Below are positions 1-12,952 of a stretch of 64,000 bases of DNA, piece after piece. The stretch is from assembly GCA_965649765.1 (NCBI GenBank), contig OZ287749.1, positions 44,640,001 to 44,704,000 on the forward strand. The letters are read 5' to 3'. This DNA is from Bispira polyomma (Eukaryota). A program made the translations under genes and the position numbers. The notes beneath the pieces are model-generated. The model worked only from the letters and a program-made list of their open reading frames with translations. It made no database searches and had not been told where the DNA came from. Numbering within the stretch: the stretch's first letter is position 1; the number at the start of each line of letters is the position of its first letter.

Positions 1-1931
1 AAAGCTAAAGTTTTGTGAAAAATATAGTGAGTAAGCTTATTTTATTGCAGTTATTTTGCTTTTTATTGCATACATATCCATTAAGAAATAACGGAGATAT
101 TTAGGTTTAAATACGGGTAGCCATTTTTATATTTGTTTATTTACTTTATCGTTCTCGTATTTGCAGCCATTTAGCGAGTGCTTTGGAAACTAGAGAATAT
201 GTGCTCATATAAGGCAGTATTTTATCATAGAAAGTTATAGACGTGAATAGATGCGTACATGTAAGATATTTATTAAAAAAAATATGTGTAATATAAGACT
301 ATGAATTCATACATTACAGGTTTTCTCCATTACGTCGAATCAATAAAGTATCCTTTTCAACAATAAAATGGCGGAGATGAAAGTTGAAATGTAAGACTTG
401 GCGCAAATCAATAAGAGTACCATCCAGCATTTTTGATATTTTTATTTTACTATTTTAATATGCAAACGGACATTTAATGAAAAATATTTAATTCAATAAA
501 AAGGGCTTTAATGACAATAGTATTGTTTAATAATGAGTTGAAATGTGATATGCCGTCAATAAGTTTAATACGTCGAAATAACAATGCACAACCATACTTA
601 AAAAATTACGTTTATCGTAAAATACGCACAAAGTAAATACGGTGCGTTGAAAACCCCATTGCATCAAAAACATAATGCATGACTATTGTCATATAATGTG
701 TAAATCCTTTGAATTTTACAATATTTGCACACCAAATCTATTCATAAATTGTTATTTTTGTATTTTTTGCTTGAAATATGTATCAAGTATGGTCATCCAT
801 CATGTTGAGTGTATCTTTATTAAGTATGCCAACATTTTTAAAGAACATCATATGCATTTTCTGTTATACTTTAGGATTACCCTGTTTAGCACTAACAAAT
901 ATAATATACATACTACAGTAGAACCTTGATTTTCCGAATTATTATCCAAATATTCAAATTTCTGTCCCAAGATCCAGTATCCTAAATTTACATATTCAAT
1001 TTTCAGACCGTGCAATATTTTTACAGCCCTCTTAATGCTAGTATGCTTATTATCCGCAACCGTTTAAGTTCAACAATACCCCCAAAGCAGTGGACTGATG
1101 AGAAAATAAAAGGTTTCCTTAAAACTACATGTTTACTCATAATTCCCACTCTGACTGTGCATAGGCAGTTAATATGACTTGACAGCTGAAGAAAGTTAAA
1201 GAAATAACACTTGCCGACTATATACAAGATCAGAGAACACACCAACAGGCTTATTGTTGTCTTAATTACAATCATTACAATCCGTATAACCCACACAGAG
1301 GTATTTGAAATAAAATTGTCAGTGAAATAAATGCCTATCATTAAGTTCAAGCCTTAAAAAAGTTCAAGTTTAACCGACTAGCCTCGTCTTTGCTAGTGCT
1401 TTAATATTCAAATTTTACCCCATCTTGTTGCCCTTTCTTTGGGGTTAAATAACTGGGCTTGCTTTAATTTTAAATTTTGAATTTGTGCAAATTTAGTGTT
1501 TCACAATCAACTCGACCCCTCTGGCAAAATAAATATACAATGTATATAAATAAATAAATATATTTTCGGCCCAATCCCGTGGCCCTCACTTTGGGGTTAA
1601 ATGACTGGGCTCAGTGGGCTTGCTTGATTATTAAATTTCAAATTCAGTGTTTCAAAGTCAACTCGACCCCTCTTGCCAAAGGGCTGATTTTTAGCCATTT
1701 TTTAATACAAATTTTATTACGCATTAAAAATTTTAAGTCGTATTCTGAAAAAAAAAACATTTTATAGCTTAATTTTTCATTACCAAGTATTGGGTCACCT
1801 GATTCTAATTCGGGCCACCAAGCTATAAAATCTGGTGGCCCATAGGGCCACCACACTTTTCCGTGAAGTTCACACACTGTTCAAGGAGTTTTTGAAAATA
1901 AATAAAAGCGTTTATTTCACTGAGGTCTTAA

Positions 1932-2809
1932 GGGTTTAGTAACGTAAACACGCAAATACGCCACCGATAAATCATACTGCATTTGTGAAAGTTCATTTTC
2001 GTCTATATACAGACTAAGGTAGCCTTAAAATGATTCTTTAGTGGTGTTTTAAATTATTTTTGGTATGCCTACAAAATTTAACACTTAAGTAGTTTGTCAT
2101 AAAGTGATTAAACACCCATACAGCGACTTTTGTATTGTGACGTCACACAATTTAAAATATATGGTGGAACGTCATATTTGTAAACAATTCTTGTAGAGAG
2201 ACCTTTCTGTTGTGACACAATACGAGTATTGATCCAGCAGATATTAAGGCTACACATACTCTACACAACTTTAAAAAACGTGTATATTATTTTGAATGAT
2301 TTACATTTTTTAATATGTTTCCTTATTTTATAAAAACGAAGAATATATAACATCTTTCTGTTTAGAAGGGTGTACCTTTAATGTTTTTCTTAAATTATCT
2401 CCGTTTTTGTGCTTTTTTTTGAAAAACGAATTCATTCAAAATAATGCTAATGTTTTCCTTTTTCTAGTCATGTACAATACTTCAGTATTGACCCCTTCTT
2501 GGTATATGAATTGTGTCACGTTTGTGAAGCATGTACTCTGAAAATATTACCCATTTTAGTTACAATTTTACACACTGCTATATGTATTGTATGTCTCAAG
2601 ATACATATTAACATCATATGTAAAATATCTGAATTAGTATATAACTAAAATATGTGTTGTTCTTCATTATTTCTACTTATGAAAATGTAAATATGTTATC
2701 CATAAATCGAGTTTAAGGTCACACAGAAAAGTTGTGCAGTTTCTGGGAAGCTCGAGCACACATAACGTGATTATCGGCAATCGCTTTTTGTGTTTACGTC
2801 ACTAAAGCC
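1932..2809. mobile_element. Kolobok-like non-autonomous DNA transposon (TTAA TSD), with a smaller TTAA-flanked MITE nested at ~2248-2377
   Basis: ttaa|gggtttagtaacgtaaacac ... gtgtttacgtcactaaagcc|ttaa imperfect TIRs of ~45 bp. Confidence 0.7.
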
Positions 2810-4201
2810 TTAAGGCAATGTTTACAAATAACTTTATTCTCTCACCAATTTTTGACACAACTTGTTCTATTTTGAGGAGATTTGTACCGCATGGTCGATG
2901 ATGTACATAAATATGTATACAATAGGGTATATTTTATAGCAACACTTCCTATTATCAATCACTTAAAATACATTTTGTATATGTTTCCGCTTACATAGAC
3001 GATAATTGGTAAGCGCAAGGGTATCTTTGTTGCCTGACCATGTTTATTTTTTCTGTTATCCGACCCTTCTACTGTTATCCTAACAAAATCACACTATCCT
3101 AATGGTCTGATAATAGAGTTTTAACATCATTATATCAACCCTAAAGGATCAATTTTCACTTTATTTCGCTTCTTAACTATTGGTTTCAGGGCCTTTTAAT
3201 GTATTGCGAGTGAAAAGAAACCCATGGTCATGGAGTGTATTGCACTAGGGTCGTACTCACATAAAATGCATCTCAAATATCTTCAGCCAATCTAATTACT
3301 TTAGACAAAATTTAAAAGTAAGAATCTTGGTGAATACTGAATACCAGCCCTGGTCAGATTTGACATAATACTTTCGATTCGAGGTCAAACTGCTGCCATA
3401 ATGATTAATTTCTTATATTTTTCTGTTCTATTTCATAAAGTATGGCTTTGAATTCCTGAAACTTACCACAAAATCTGTCTGAAATTTATCAATCTTACTG
3501 TTACATCTGGGATGTTAGGTTTTGTACCAATTAGATTTGGCTTTGGGCTATGTTTATGACTCTAATAGGGTCAGTTTTAAGTTTTAAAATCTTAATGTTT
3601 TGCCTAATGTCTATGAAATACTGGTTTTTGAAACCTTGGAATAAGTAGAGGATATACATAAAATTTTGGTTAGGGAGTATAGTGGACAGGTCATATTTGA
3701 CCAATGACCTGGCAAGTTAAAATTGCTAAAATATTTCCAAAGGGCCTGGCTAAGTGACTGAAAAGGCTTGAACACTGCAGTTTTGTTTTATCAGAATTAA
3801 TTTTTTCTTACACAGTAACAATTAGGCACTCTATTCTTGTAAAAGAATAAGAAAGCTGGGTTTCTTTGTTGGGGAAATTACAAGTAACTCAAGGCATTGC
3901 TTTTTGTTTTAGTTTTGTAAAATTATAACGGCTGTGAATTTATGGTACTACTACCCATTGTCAACCAGGTGCCAATTATCATTTGCTTGAAAATTTGAAG
4001 CCATTATTATTTGGCAAGTATTACCTCAGAATTCAAGCAAAATAGCTCAAACTTTAGCCGATATATTACCGGGGTATATGAACAATTCTTCATTAGTTGT
4101 AAATGACTTGTGATATTTTGATGTTGATATTTTAAATGCAGAGGAAAAACACATTATTCATAGAACAGTCAACTTACTTGAACTTGATGTATTTTTTTCA
4201 G

Positions 4202-4258
4202 CTCTTACCATGCAGTTTGTCTGCAATGAATTTCTGGATTACCATGATCCAACAATAG
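4202..4258 (+). CDS. RIT1: RIT exon (switch I, HDPTIE)
   Basis: tttttttcag acceptor, gtaagc donor, 57 nt, phase 1-1. Confidence 0.93.
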   Translation, partial: LLPCSLSAMNFWITMIQQ

Positions 4259-7200
4259 GTAAGCTGACGTAGGAAATTTCAGTCAAAACTCTCCAGGATC
4301 TATGTTTATGTAAAAATACAGTGAAACCTCTGTTATCTGAACTTCTATTGTTCAAATATTTGATTTTATGTACACACTTTAAAACTCTCCCAAATTGACA
4401 GTTTCTATTATTCAAATATTTGATTTTATGTACACACTTTAAAACTCTCCCAAATTGACAGCTTCATGTTAGTTTCTACTAATATGCCTTTTCTATTTTA
4501 TTAACCTTTTATTATCCAAACAAAATCTTACTCTCCTAACAGGTTTTAAATAATAGCGATTCTACTGTATGTAATTTTATTTTCGCATAATATCTACCTC
4601 CTGAGTGGACTTTTATTTCTCACTTTTATTTTTGTTCATCATTTAATGGGAAAACTCCTATAAAGCTATCCTCAACAAATTTAGTTTGTTATAATACTAG
4701 CCTGCTTGCTTGAAAAAAAAATGGATTCCCCACCTAAAACCTATGAGTGATTTCATTACATTGAATCTCCAGAAAGTTCTGATAAATTGATAATAGTAGT
4801 TCTTCTGTTGATAACTATATTTTAAATTGTTGTAGAGGATGCATACCAACAACAGGCACGTATTGATGGTAAAGCAGCACAACTGGACATTTTAGACACT
4901 GCAGGACAGGTGAGTGAGGTGGGGGAGGGTGAGGATTAAAAAAAAAATGTTATTTTTTTTGCTTTGCTGCCATTTACATATAATTGCCTAGAAGTTGCCC
5001 CGGAAAGTGAGTACTTCCTTATCAGTGCTTTGATATTATTAAACTTACATGTATTAATACTAATAAAGACATACCAGAAAAAAGTGTGTTAAACTAATTG
5101 ACTCTCCATGAAAGAATTTTGGTGTCCTATTACTAACAATTTTCTTCTTTTTAACAATGGCCAAAGTGTGTAAAAGAAAAAAATTATTTTTTCTTTAGAA
5201 ATTCACAAAAACCCACTGATGTTTTTGATAATAATAATTGACAATTAACTGAAAGTTATGTTTGCTACATGTATATTATATAGAAAAGATATGCATGTAA
5301 CTATGTTTGACACATGAGTTGGTAAAGAAGATTGGCATGTTAACTCACAGCATATGTTGAGTAACATTTCCCAGTGGTTTATTGTATCCACCGATCTGGT
5401 GGATACTTTAGTTTAGCGTTCTCTATGCAGCCGCAGCAGAGAGATTTTCGCTGTTAACACCCTCTGCGGAAAACTAGACCAGCTAGCTTCACTAAATTTG
5501 CAGGATATCGTCATTGGGAGGTAAGCTTCTCTGCGACTGAAATTAGCCTTATTCTGAAAAACAACATGGCCGCCATCAGCATTTCTTTGATAATTATCCA
5601 CCTTTTCTACTAGCTGGTTCTCGTAACTAGAAGGTTAAATTTCTTCATAGGTGATATGTCTAACAGATATATATGTCCTCTACAAGCATGCAGACATTTG
5701 ACCTTTAAGCTCTTCATTCAAGGTCATCCACGGAGTGCCAAAGTACCCCGCATAGCTAACTGTAAAAGTGTCTCTATCTCCCTTATTAGTGGAGGTTTAG
5801 CATGTGAAGCCTAACTATAGGAAATCATGGGCTAGGAATCTTCTGATGTGGTCAGGTTTGACCTTGGACCCCTCATTCAAGGTCAAACAAGGTATCCAAA
5901 CTTAAAAGTGCTTATAACACATTTATTATTGGTCCTAGAGGTTCGGCATGAGAAGCCTACCTAGGAAATCATGGGCTGGAAATCTTCTGATGTGGTCAGG
6001 TTTGACTTGGGCCCCTCATTCAAGGTCAAACAAGGTATCCAAACTTAAAGGGGCTTAAAACTTGCTCCCATATTGGTCCTAAAGGTTTGGCATGTGAAGC
6101 CTACCTATAGGAAATCATAGGCTGGGAATCTTCTGGTGTGGTCGGGTTTGACCTTAGGCTCCTCATTCAAGGTCAAACAAGGTATCGAAAACTTAAAAGT
6201 CCTTAAAACTCACTTATTATTGGTCCTGGAGGTTTGCATTGTGAAACCAACTTATAGGTAATCATGGGCTGGGAATCTTCTAATCTGACCTTAGGCCCCT
6301 CCATCTAGGTCAGACGAGGGTAGTTAAACTTAAAAGTGCTTATAACTCACTTATTACTGGTCCTGCATTTTTGAGATGTAAAACCAACCTATAGAAAATT
6401 ATGGGGTCGGAGTCTTCTGATGTGGTCAGGTTTGACCTTGGGCCCCTCCCTCAAGGTCCAATGACAATAGCCAAACTTGTAAGTGCTTATAACTCACTTA
6501 TTTTTGGTCCTACAGGTTTGCAATGTGAAACCAACTTATAGGTAACCATGGGCTGAGAATCTTCTGATGTGGTCAGATTTGACCTTGGGCCCCTCCTTCA
6601 AGGCTAGACGAGGGTAGCCATAGCTTGGGTGCTTCCTACCTAGGGTGCTGTCTTTCTGCTGGATACAAATATGCATCGGTTCTAGGTATGCGCTAGGTCT
6701 AGTTTTCACTTACTTCTAATATACCTAGTACGGTCAAAGTACGGATGTGGAGGGGGTGGTCATTTTAGTTATACCTTAAAATACCAGTAGATACCAGTAG
6801 AGCCTTTATTTAAACAGAGTTATGTTATCTGAGTACAACAGAGCCTTTATAATATGAAATTCTATTTTCTGAATTATTTCGAATTTATAAACTCCTTTCC
6901 AAATTTTATTTTTAAAATTTTTTTTTATGCTTAACATAGTTTTCTATTTTATGAACCTTCTTTAATCTGAACAGAACCTTGCTCCGCGAACATCCATGTT
7001 CTTGTTCTGATAATAGCATTTCTACTTTTGGGGGTTTTATGAATTCGATTTCACTCTCTCATATTTGAGAAAGATAAATTATGTTGTTTGTGAAATTCAT
7101 TAGATGTGAATATAGATCAGCAATTTGAACATTGTGTATGATTGCAGAGTAAGTTACCTGGAAATTAAAATTACTAACATGAAAAGCGTGGCTTCTTCTA

Positions 7201-10200
7201 TGACAGCATATCTTGTTTACTGCACACTTACCTATCAAAGGTTTTAAATTTCTACTCACAATCATCTAAAAAAATATGTCCTGCTGTCTCTTTGTGTATA
7301 TATATAGCTATCTAAATTCTGACTGCATATTTGAGTTAAATATTAAAATAAATGGTAATATGTGTCTAGATGAATGTGGTATGTGAGTTAAAACATGAGT
7401 TGAACTGTTCAAGTAGACCTTCTAAGGTGTACAACCCCTGCTATAGTGGTAACATACTCACCACCCCATCTCTGCAGTCAACAGTTAAAAAAATTTGCAG
7501 GTAACTAGCTGAAGGCAATGTTTGCAGAGCAGAAAACCTTGACCAACTACCCTGCTCTGATTTCCTTAACCAATGAGCTGACCGTCATGATATGAGATAA
7601 GACATGTTAAAAGCGATGTTAAACCCAAACTGAACATAATGCTTCTGTGTGTATTGATGAGTGTAGCCAGAGTTCACAGCTATGAGGAACCAGTACATGT
7701 ATGAGGATGGGGGACTGCCTTATTGTATGTTACTCGGTGATATGTGTGTATTTATGAGTGTAGCCAGCGTTTACACCTTTAAGGGACCAGTACATAAGGA
7801 CAGGGGAAGGCTTCATTATATGTTAGTCTGTGTGTATTTATGAGTGTAGCCAGAGTTCACAGTCATGAGGGACCAATACATGAGGACAGGGGAAGGCTTC
7901 ATTATATGTTACTCTGTGATAGACCGGAGAAGCTTTGAGGAGGCCATTGCTTACAGAGAACTCATCACAAGGTACAGCTGAATTTACCGTATTTGATTTA
8001 ACCAGCTAAATAAAGACTTTTTTGCATTTGATTGTTTAGCTTTGCAAGTTTAGATTACTTTCTTATGAAAATTAATATATTTTGAAAGTTAAAATCTTAA
8101 ATAAGCAAATTGGGACACATCATATTTCCCCAATTATCAATACAAAGAAAAAGACTAGTATTCAGTTAAAATCTTTAGTAGTAGCTCTCTTTGTTAAGAA
8201 TTCAAAGCGCTGACTAACATTTCCTGACTGCACAGTTATAGCCAACCAGCAACAGTAGCTGCCATTCCCTCCAAACTGAAGACAGAGGTTTTGAGGATGA
8301 CCCTTTATCAACCTCTCAATTGCTATGTTTTACCATTTAATTGAGGTATTTAATCCTCCTTTAAGACGCATGTTATTTCATAGAAGGCGTTTGTAGGATT
8401 GTAGGTTGATAACATTTGCTTCTTTTTTTTTCTAAAAATGACATGGAGATATAGTCTTTACTTATTGATAAGAGCCTACATCTCAAAACATTATCCAGCT
8501 TATTTTCAGATTCTGCTCAAGTTGGGAGTCACTATATCTGTGTGGACATTTCACAAACAGTTAAAACTTAAAAGTCTAATCTGGAGGGATCAATTCATAT
8601 ACCTCAACTTAAGCATTCTCGCATAATGGGATAAATTTTAGAAGTAATATTGAGGCAATTCTATGCAAACGTGTTTTGGGGTAAGTATGTGTTAGCTTGA
8701 GTTTATTTTTAGAATTTCAACCATGGTGTCTTCTGGTAAAGGTTTTAACATTTACTTTCTAATTTCTCACAATACAGGGTACGCCATTTAGAAGATATCC
8801 CAATGGTACTGGTTGGAAACAAGTGTGACCTTGAAAATCTGAGAAAGGTCAGTTTGACATTGGCTCCTGCAAAGAATTGTCAATACTTTATGATAAATTC
8901 AGTTGTTGAAAACTACATGTAAAAAACTTTTAAATGTCGATATATCTGGTATCATTTGTATTAGCAAATGCTCACATGTAATTTTATCCACTGTTATAAT
9001 ATCTTGCTCCTGATGAACTTTGGCCTCATTTTGTTAAAACAAGATGGCCGCAATGACAACTTCTTAAAAAATCATTTGCAGAAAGGGAATTACAGATATC
9101 TTTACCATATGTGATAATGATATACAGTTTGCCTTTATGTAAATGTTTCTAAAAGTGAACTTCGGCCTCATTGCGAAAAACAAAATGGCCTCCACAGACC
9201 ATTTGAACATTCTCTTCACTACCACTCTGACAGGAAAACTATTGTGGCCAGCATCACCAAATTTTGCCATAACTTTTTGCTCCTGCCGAAGTTTGGCCTT
9301 ATTCTGAAAGGCAAAATGGCCACCACAACAGAAGAACCATTTCTCAGTTCCGGTGGATACAACAATTTCAAGGATATGTTTACTGCCATAACATGTTTCC
9401 CTGCTAGAGTTTGGCCTCATTCTGAAAGCCAAAATTGCCGCCACAACAGAATTAACTTTTTTGACTTTAATGCTCTCAAATGAATAGTATTGCAGCCACC
9501 GAACCATTTCCCAGTTTCGGTGGATACAACATACATTTTTCCTTCAATGCGATCGATCTTGTTCTTACTAGATTAAAGAAGAATGAACAAAAATCTGTGT
9601 ACTTTTGTTAAAGGTAAGTGAAATTGTGCCATTCCTCAGAAAAATTTGGGAAGGAGCGAGCTATTGACAGTGAAAAAGTTAAATAATTGGTTACTTTATT
9701 TTCAATGCCTTACTTGTTTACAGCAATGAACACACTAAATTAATTCAACAACCTGGTTCCGGCCAATGCACAGGAAGAACTATGACCAGTTATCAATATC
9801 ACAAGAGATTAAGATCCCAATTGTAAAGATAGTCTTATGTGCACTGATTGCTTGTTACCTTTGCCAGGAGGGTATGTTTTCACCCCAGTCTGTTTGTTAA
9901 CAGGATTACGGAAAAACTGCCTAACCAATATTGACCAAACTTAGTGGAGGGCTAGATAAGGCATGGAAGAACCCATTTAAGTTTTAGTAGAGTCCATAAC
10001 CTCTTTGAACGCAACACTTTGTCGAAAGTGGAAAATTTGCTTTTTTTGGGCACTTTGATGATTTCTGTCGGAGGAAAAAACACTTTACTGAGTGTCCCTT
10101 AGGTGAAATTGGAGGAAAGTATCTGTAAATGGCGATGCTTTAAAAGGTACTGTATCATGTAAAAGTAGTTGTAAGTCATATCCTTTGTTTTTGTGATCAG

Positions 10201-10431
10201 GTTGGGTTCGAAGAAGGGAACGCTCTAGCCAGTCAGTGGGATTGCCCCTTCTTAGAAACCTCCGCAGCAGTCAGAACCAACGTGGAGGAAACGTTTTCTG
10301 AACTTGTTCGGGAAATCAGAAATAAAGAAAAGGAGTTGAATAAACTGGACTCCGACAATGGCAAACAGAATTCAGCTAACGGATTGAGAGGGTTTTTTAG
10401 ACATTTTTTTCAGAAGAAAAATAAAACTTGA
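4202..10431 (+). CDS. RIT1: RIT/Ric-family Ras-like small GTPase, 5'-partial; join(4202..4258,4836..4909,7850..7971,8778..8847,10201..10431)
   Basis: Spliced translation with GT-AG introns and consistent phases: (A)[183 protein letters not shown]. The HDPTIEDAY effector loop, ETSAA G5 box and basic/aromatic C-terminus without CAAX mark the Rit/Rin/Ric subfamily. The G1 exon was not found in the window. Confidence 0.95.
4319..4567. mobile_element. Tc1/mariner(pogo)-type MITE with an internal 60-bp tandem duplication
   Basis: ta|cagtgaaacctctgttat ... taatagcgattctactg|ta; 4343-4402 repeated at 4403-4462. Confidence 0.7.
4836..4909 (+). CDS. RIT1: RIT exon (G3 DTAGQ)
   Basis: ttgtag acceptor, gtgagt donor, 74 nt. 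Confidence 0.94.
5382..6705 (+). mobile_element. Helentron-associated (HINE/DINE-1-like) element carrying a ~145-bp tandem array
   Basis: 5' ttgtatccacc with adjacent inverted copy ggtggatac; 3' ggatacaa subterminal IR then short stem-loop and ctagtttt; 6-7 internal units with TGACCTT..TCAAGGTCA (5697-6620). Confidence 0.7.
7430..7635 (+). mobile_element. tRNA-derived SINE, degenerate
   Basis: 3' tail gttaaaagcgatgttaaacccaaac shared with copies at ~23820-23975, ~24800-24990, ~56000-56230 and ~58830-59040. Confidence 0.6.
7645..7849 (+). pseudogene. Two degenerate tandem copies of the RIT switch-II splice acceptor plus exon 5' half
   Basis: tgtgtatt(g/t)atgagtgtag|ccag repeated with exon starts at 7667 and 7764 (intact copy at 7850). 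Copy 1 reads [11 protein letters not shown] then a 4-nt frameshift; copy 2 reads [20 protein letters not shown]. Confidence 0.9.
7850..7971 (+). CDS. RIT1: RIT exon (switch II; the only intact copy of three)
   Basis: [41 protein letters not shown], gtacag donor, 122 nt. Confidence 0.92.
8190..8320 (-). mobile_element. SINE fragment (family of 34250 and 61235 copies)
   Basis: Reverse complement of gttgataaa..tcatcctcaa..cttcagtt core. Confidence 0.55.
8778..8847 (+). CDS. RIT1: RIT exon (G4 NKCD)
   Basis: atacag acceptor, [23 protein letters not shown], gtcagt donor. Confidence 0.94.
8983..9565 (+). mobile_element. Related HINE-type element fragment
   Basis: cggtggatacaa subterminal motif at ~9351 and ~9518; ggcctcatt..aaaatggcc repeats shared with the 5382 element. 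Confidence 0.55.
9853..10103 (+). mobile_element. HINE-like repeat (acctctgccaggag..tatgtttt family)
   Basis: Similar 5' end at ~25455; ends ggagg..cactttactgagtg hairpin. Confidence 0.5.
10201..10431 (+). CDS. RIT1: RIT last coding exon (G5 ETSAA, polybasic tail)
   Basis: gatcag acceptor; TGA at 10429-10431; AATAAA near 10654. Confidence 0.94.
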   Translation, partial: VGFEEGNALASQWDCPFLETSAAVRTNVEETFSELVREIRNKEKELNKLDSDNGKQNSANGLRGFFRHFFQKKNKT

Positions 10432-11196
10432 TCATTGTGCCTGTTGTTTTTTTTACTGTATCAGTATGTGCCAAATGGTAAATGTCACACACTCACACAC
10501 AGATACATGTTTGATGTACAGTAAAATCAAGTGTTATTTTGTTTTAGTATTGTTATTATTGCTACTGTGTGTGCAGAATGTTTCTGTGTTTCTCCATTTC
10601 TGCTTCTACTTTTAATCATGCCAAGCATTTCTTCCTTTAAAAAAAAAAACTGAAATAAAGTTTACATTACATTTAATAATTGACTGTATATTTTAACACT
10701 TGTTATGGTAAAAAATATAGTAATGTGTTCCAAGTTCCGTTTATGGAATTCTGCATCTTATCCTTTGGAAAGGGAGAATGGTGTTTTTGTGTTTTCTTTT
10801 TGTTGACCAATTCATTTGGTGCTAAACTAACTCCATAGACAACTCCCAAAGAATTGAATTTGGTTGTATCTTACTTTTTAGAGTTTTTCCACTAAAATAA
10901 AGATTTTGTTGATACATCGAAACACTGCTATTGTCAAAAGTACAATCATAAATTATTATTACTTCAGACAAGAGATAAAGTTGAACATTTGTGAAGAAAA
11001 TATCGGCAATATGGAACTAATTATGTGTAATATATATGTATATGAAGGTAAGAATGGTTTTTGTTAACACATTTGTTGGTATTTGTGCCTTGTCTCAGTA
11101 AAAGTTGATGCCATTTAAACTTGAAACATATTGTTCTTCAGTGCTATTACTAATTGGTGAGATTATTACAAATTTACAATAACACTTTTATAAGTA

Positions 11197-11390
11197 TTAG
11201 GTGGTGACTAGAAGCACCTGTTTTATAATCACTGACCTCTCACCTATGTGGATTTGAATCCCATTCATTCCTTCATGTGGGAAAGTTTGTCAGGTACTTG
11301 CCATAGGTCGGTGGTTTAATTCCACCATTGAATCTAGCCTTTGTGATATGACCTAAGCTGTTGAAAGCCACGTAAAACCCCCAAAAAAAT
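11197..11390 (+). mobile_element. tRNA-derived SINE (tgtgggaaagtttgtcagg core) in the probable RIT 3' UTR region
   Basis: B-box-like atttgaatccc; core and tail gttgaaagccacgtaaaaccc shared with the 25580 and 40270 copies. Confidence 0.7.
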
Positions 11391-11531
11391 CTAATGTATA
11401 ATATTAAATTTGAGAAAATAAATTTCTCCACTAATCTAAATTTGTGATTGTAAAAGTCTGCATTTATGATTACTTAATATTATAAAACCCCAATATATTT
11501 TATCAGCTTAATAAGTGTTTGTCCCAAAATA

Positions 11532-11896
11532 GAGTAGAACTATTTTTATCCGAACATGTAGAGTGTGTAGAGATGTTGTTTGGATAATAGAAGGTTCATA
11601 TAACAGACATTTTTGTACTAAGCAATAGAAAAAACATAAACTGTCTAATAATTCTAAACTGTCTAATATCTAAGTATTCTGTCTAATAGATGCTTGGAGA
11701 ATGGAGAGCCTCTATTATTGGAACTATTACTATTCAACTTTTTAATTTTATGAACTGATTTTCACTCTTCCATAATCTTCCCAAGGTTCCTATTGTTTTT
11801 TACAGAAAAAAAGGCTCTTCAATTTTATATGAAACCTTCTATTATACAAATGAAATCTTGTCCTTCCGACATGTTCGGATAACAGAGGTTTGACTG
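11532..11896. mobile_element. Tc1/mariner-type MITE
   Basis: agtagaac..ttatccgaac ... gttcggataacagaggtttgactg|ta. Confidence 0.65.
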
Positions 11897-12952
11897 TACA
11901 ATGTTTCTTTGTCTCTCTAACCCATGTTTTATTGTAGGACAAATTCTGTATTACTTGTGAGTGATATGATTCCCCACTCTCTGTCTGAAATATATCACTA
12001 TGTCTTATAAATGTTTATTATGCAAGCCCTATTAGGGCGAAGAATATTGCAATGGGCAGTGTGTATGTCGGTGTGTGTATGTTAAAATCATGTAATCAAT
12101 TCAAGATAATTGAAATCCACTATAATGGACATAAATAAACATAAATGATAAATGTGAATAGTTTATAAGCAAAAAGAAGAAGAGAAACAAATACAGTAAC
12201 ATTATACGGCTGATCCTGTACAGTGGACTCTGTACAAGTAGAACCAGTGTGAGTCAAATTTAGGTAATAAGTGGAACCAGTTTTTAGGTCCCAACATCAG
12301 AAAATGATGCACTTTTGTAGGGTGTAAGTGAAAGTTAGCCATAACTAGAACCAAATCCTGTGGGTAGTGAAGGTTGTAGTTATACAGAGTGTGCTCTGTA
12401 TATTATATTGGTATTCTTTCAAATATTTGAAAACCATAATTTTTTAAAGAAAAAATATGAGATTTGGGATAGCTGAAACTTGTAAAGTTAGTTGATTCAA
12501 TACAGAAATTCGTTTCAGCAGAATTTACATTTTATCTCCTGTACTACAGTTTTTTTCTGATTTTTGGTTTCAATTTAAAATGAAGTATATATTTGGCCAT
12601 TACATAATTAGACTGACAAACTTTATTGATTTTTGCTTCTGTACACAAGTTACACCTAATGTTGTGTGTTAATCCTTATTTAGTAGTCCAATGTAATGCT
12701 CATTCCTTCATGTTAATATAGACGTATTATTTGCTACATATACATTTTATATTTTGTAAATCCTCGAAGAACATTATTTTTTATCCAAGAATCCATGGGA
12801 TCAAATTTCTTGGAAAGGCATTGCAAGGTTTATTGACCAAATAAAAGTAAACTGTAATGTTGTAAAGTGAATTTGTTGTTAAGCGAATTTGAGCTAATAT
12901 ATATGTAAGTTTGTGATGTATATACTGTCAGTTGTATTCTCTTATATAAATA

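Noticed and set aside
1-4200. RIT first coding exon (GxxxxGKS)
   Set aside because: No matching P-loop exon found by eye; it probably lies upstream of the window.
9064-9507. 147-aa and 79-aa ORFs inside a RIT intron
   Set aside because: They derive from internal repeats of a non-autonomous element; no recognisable domain.
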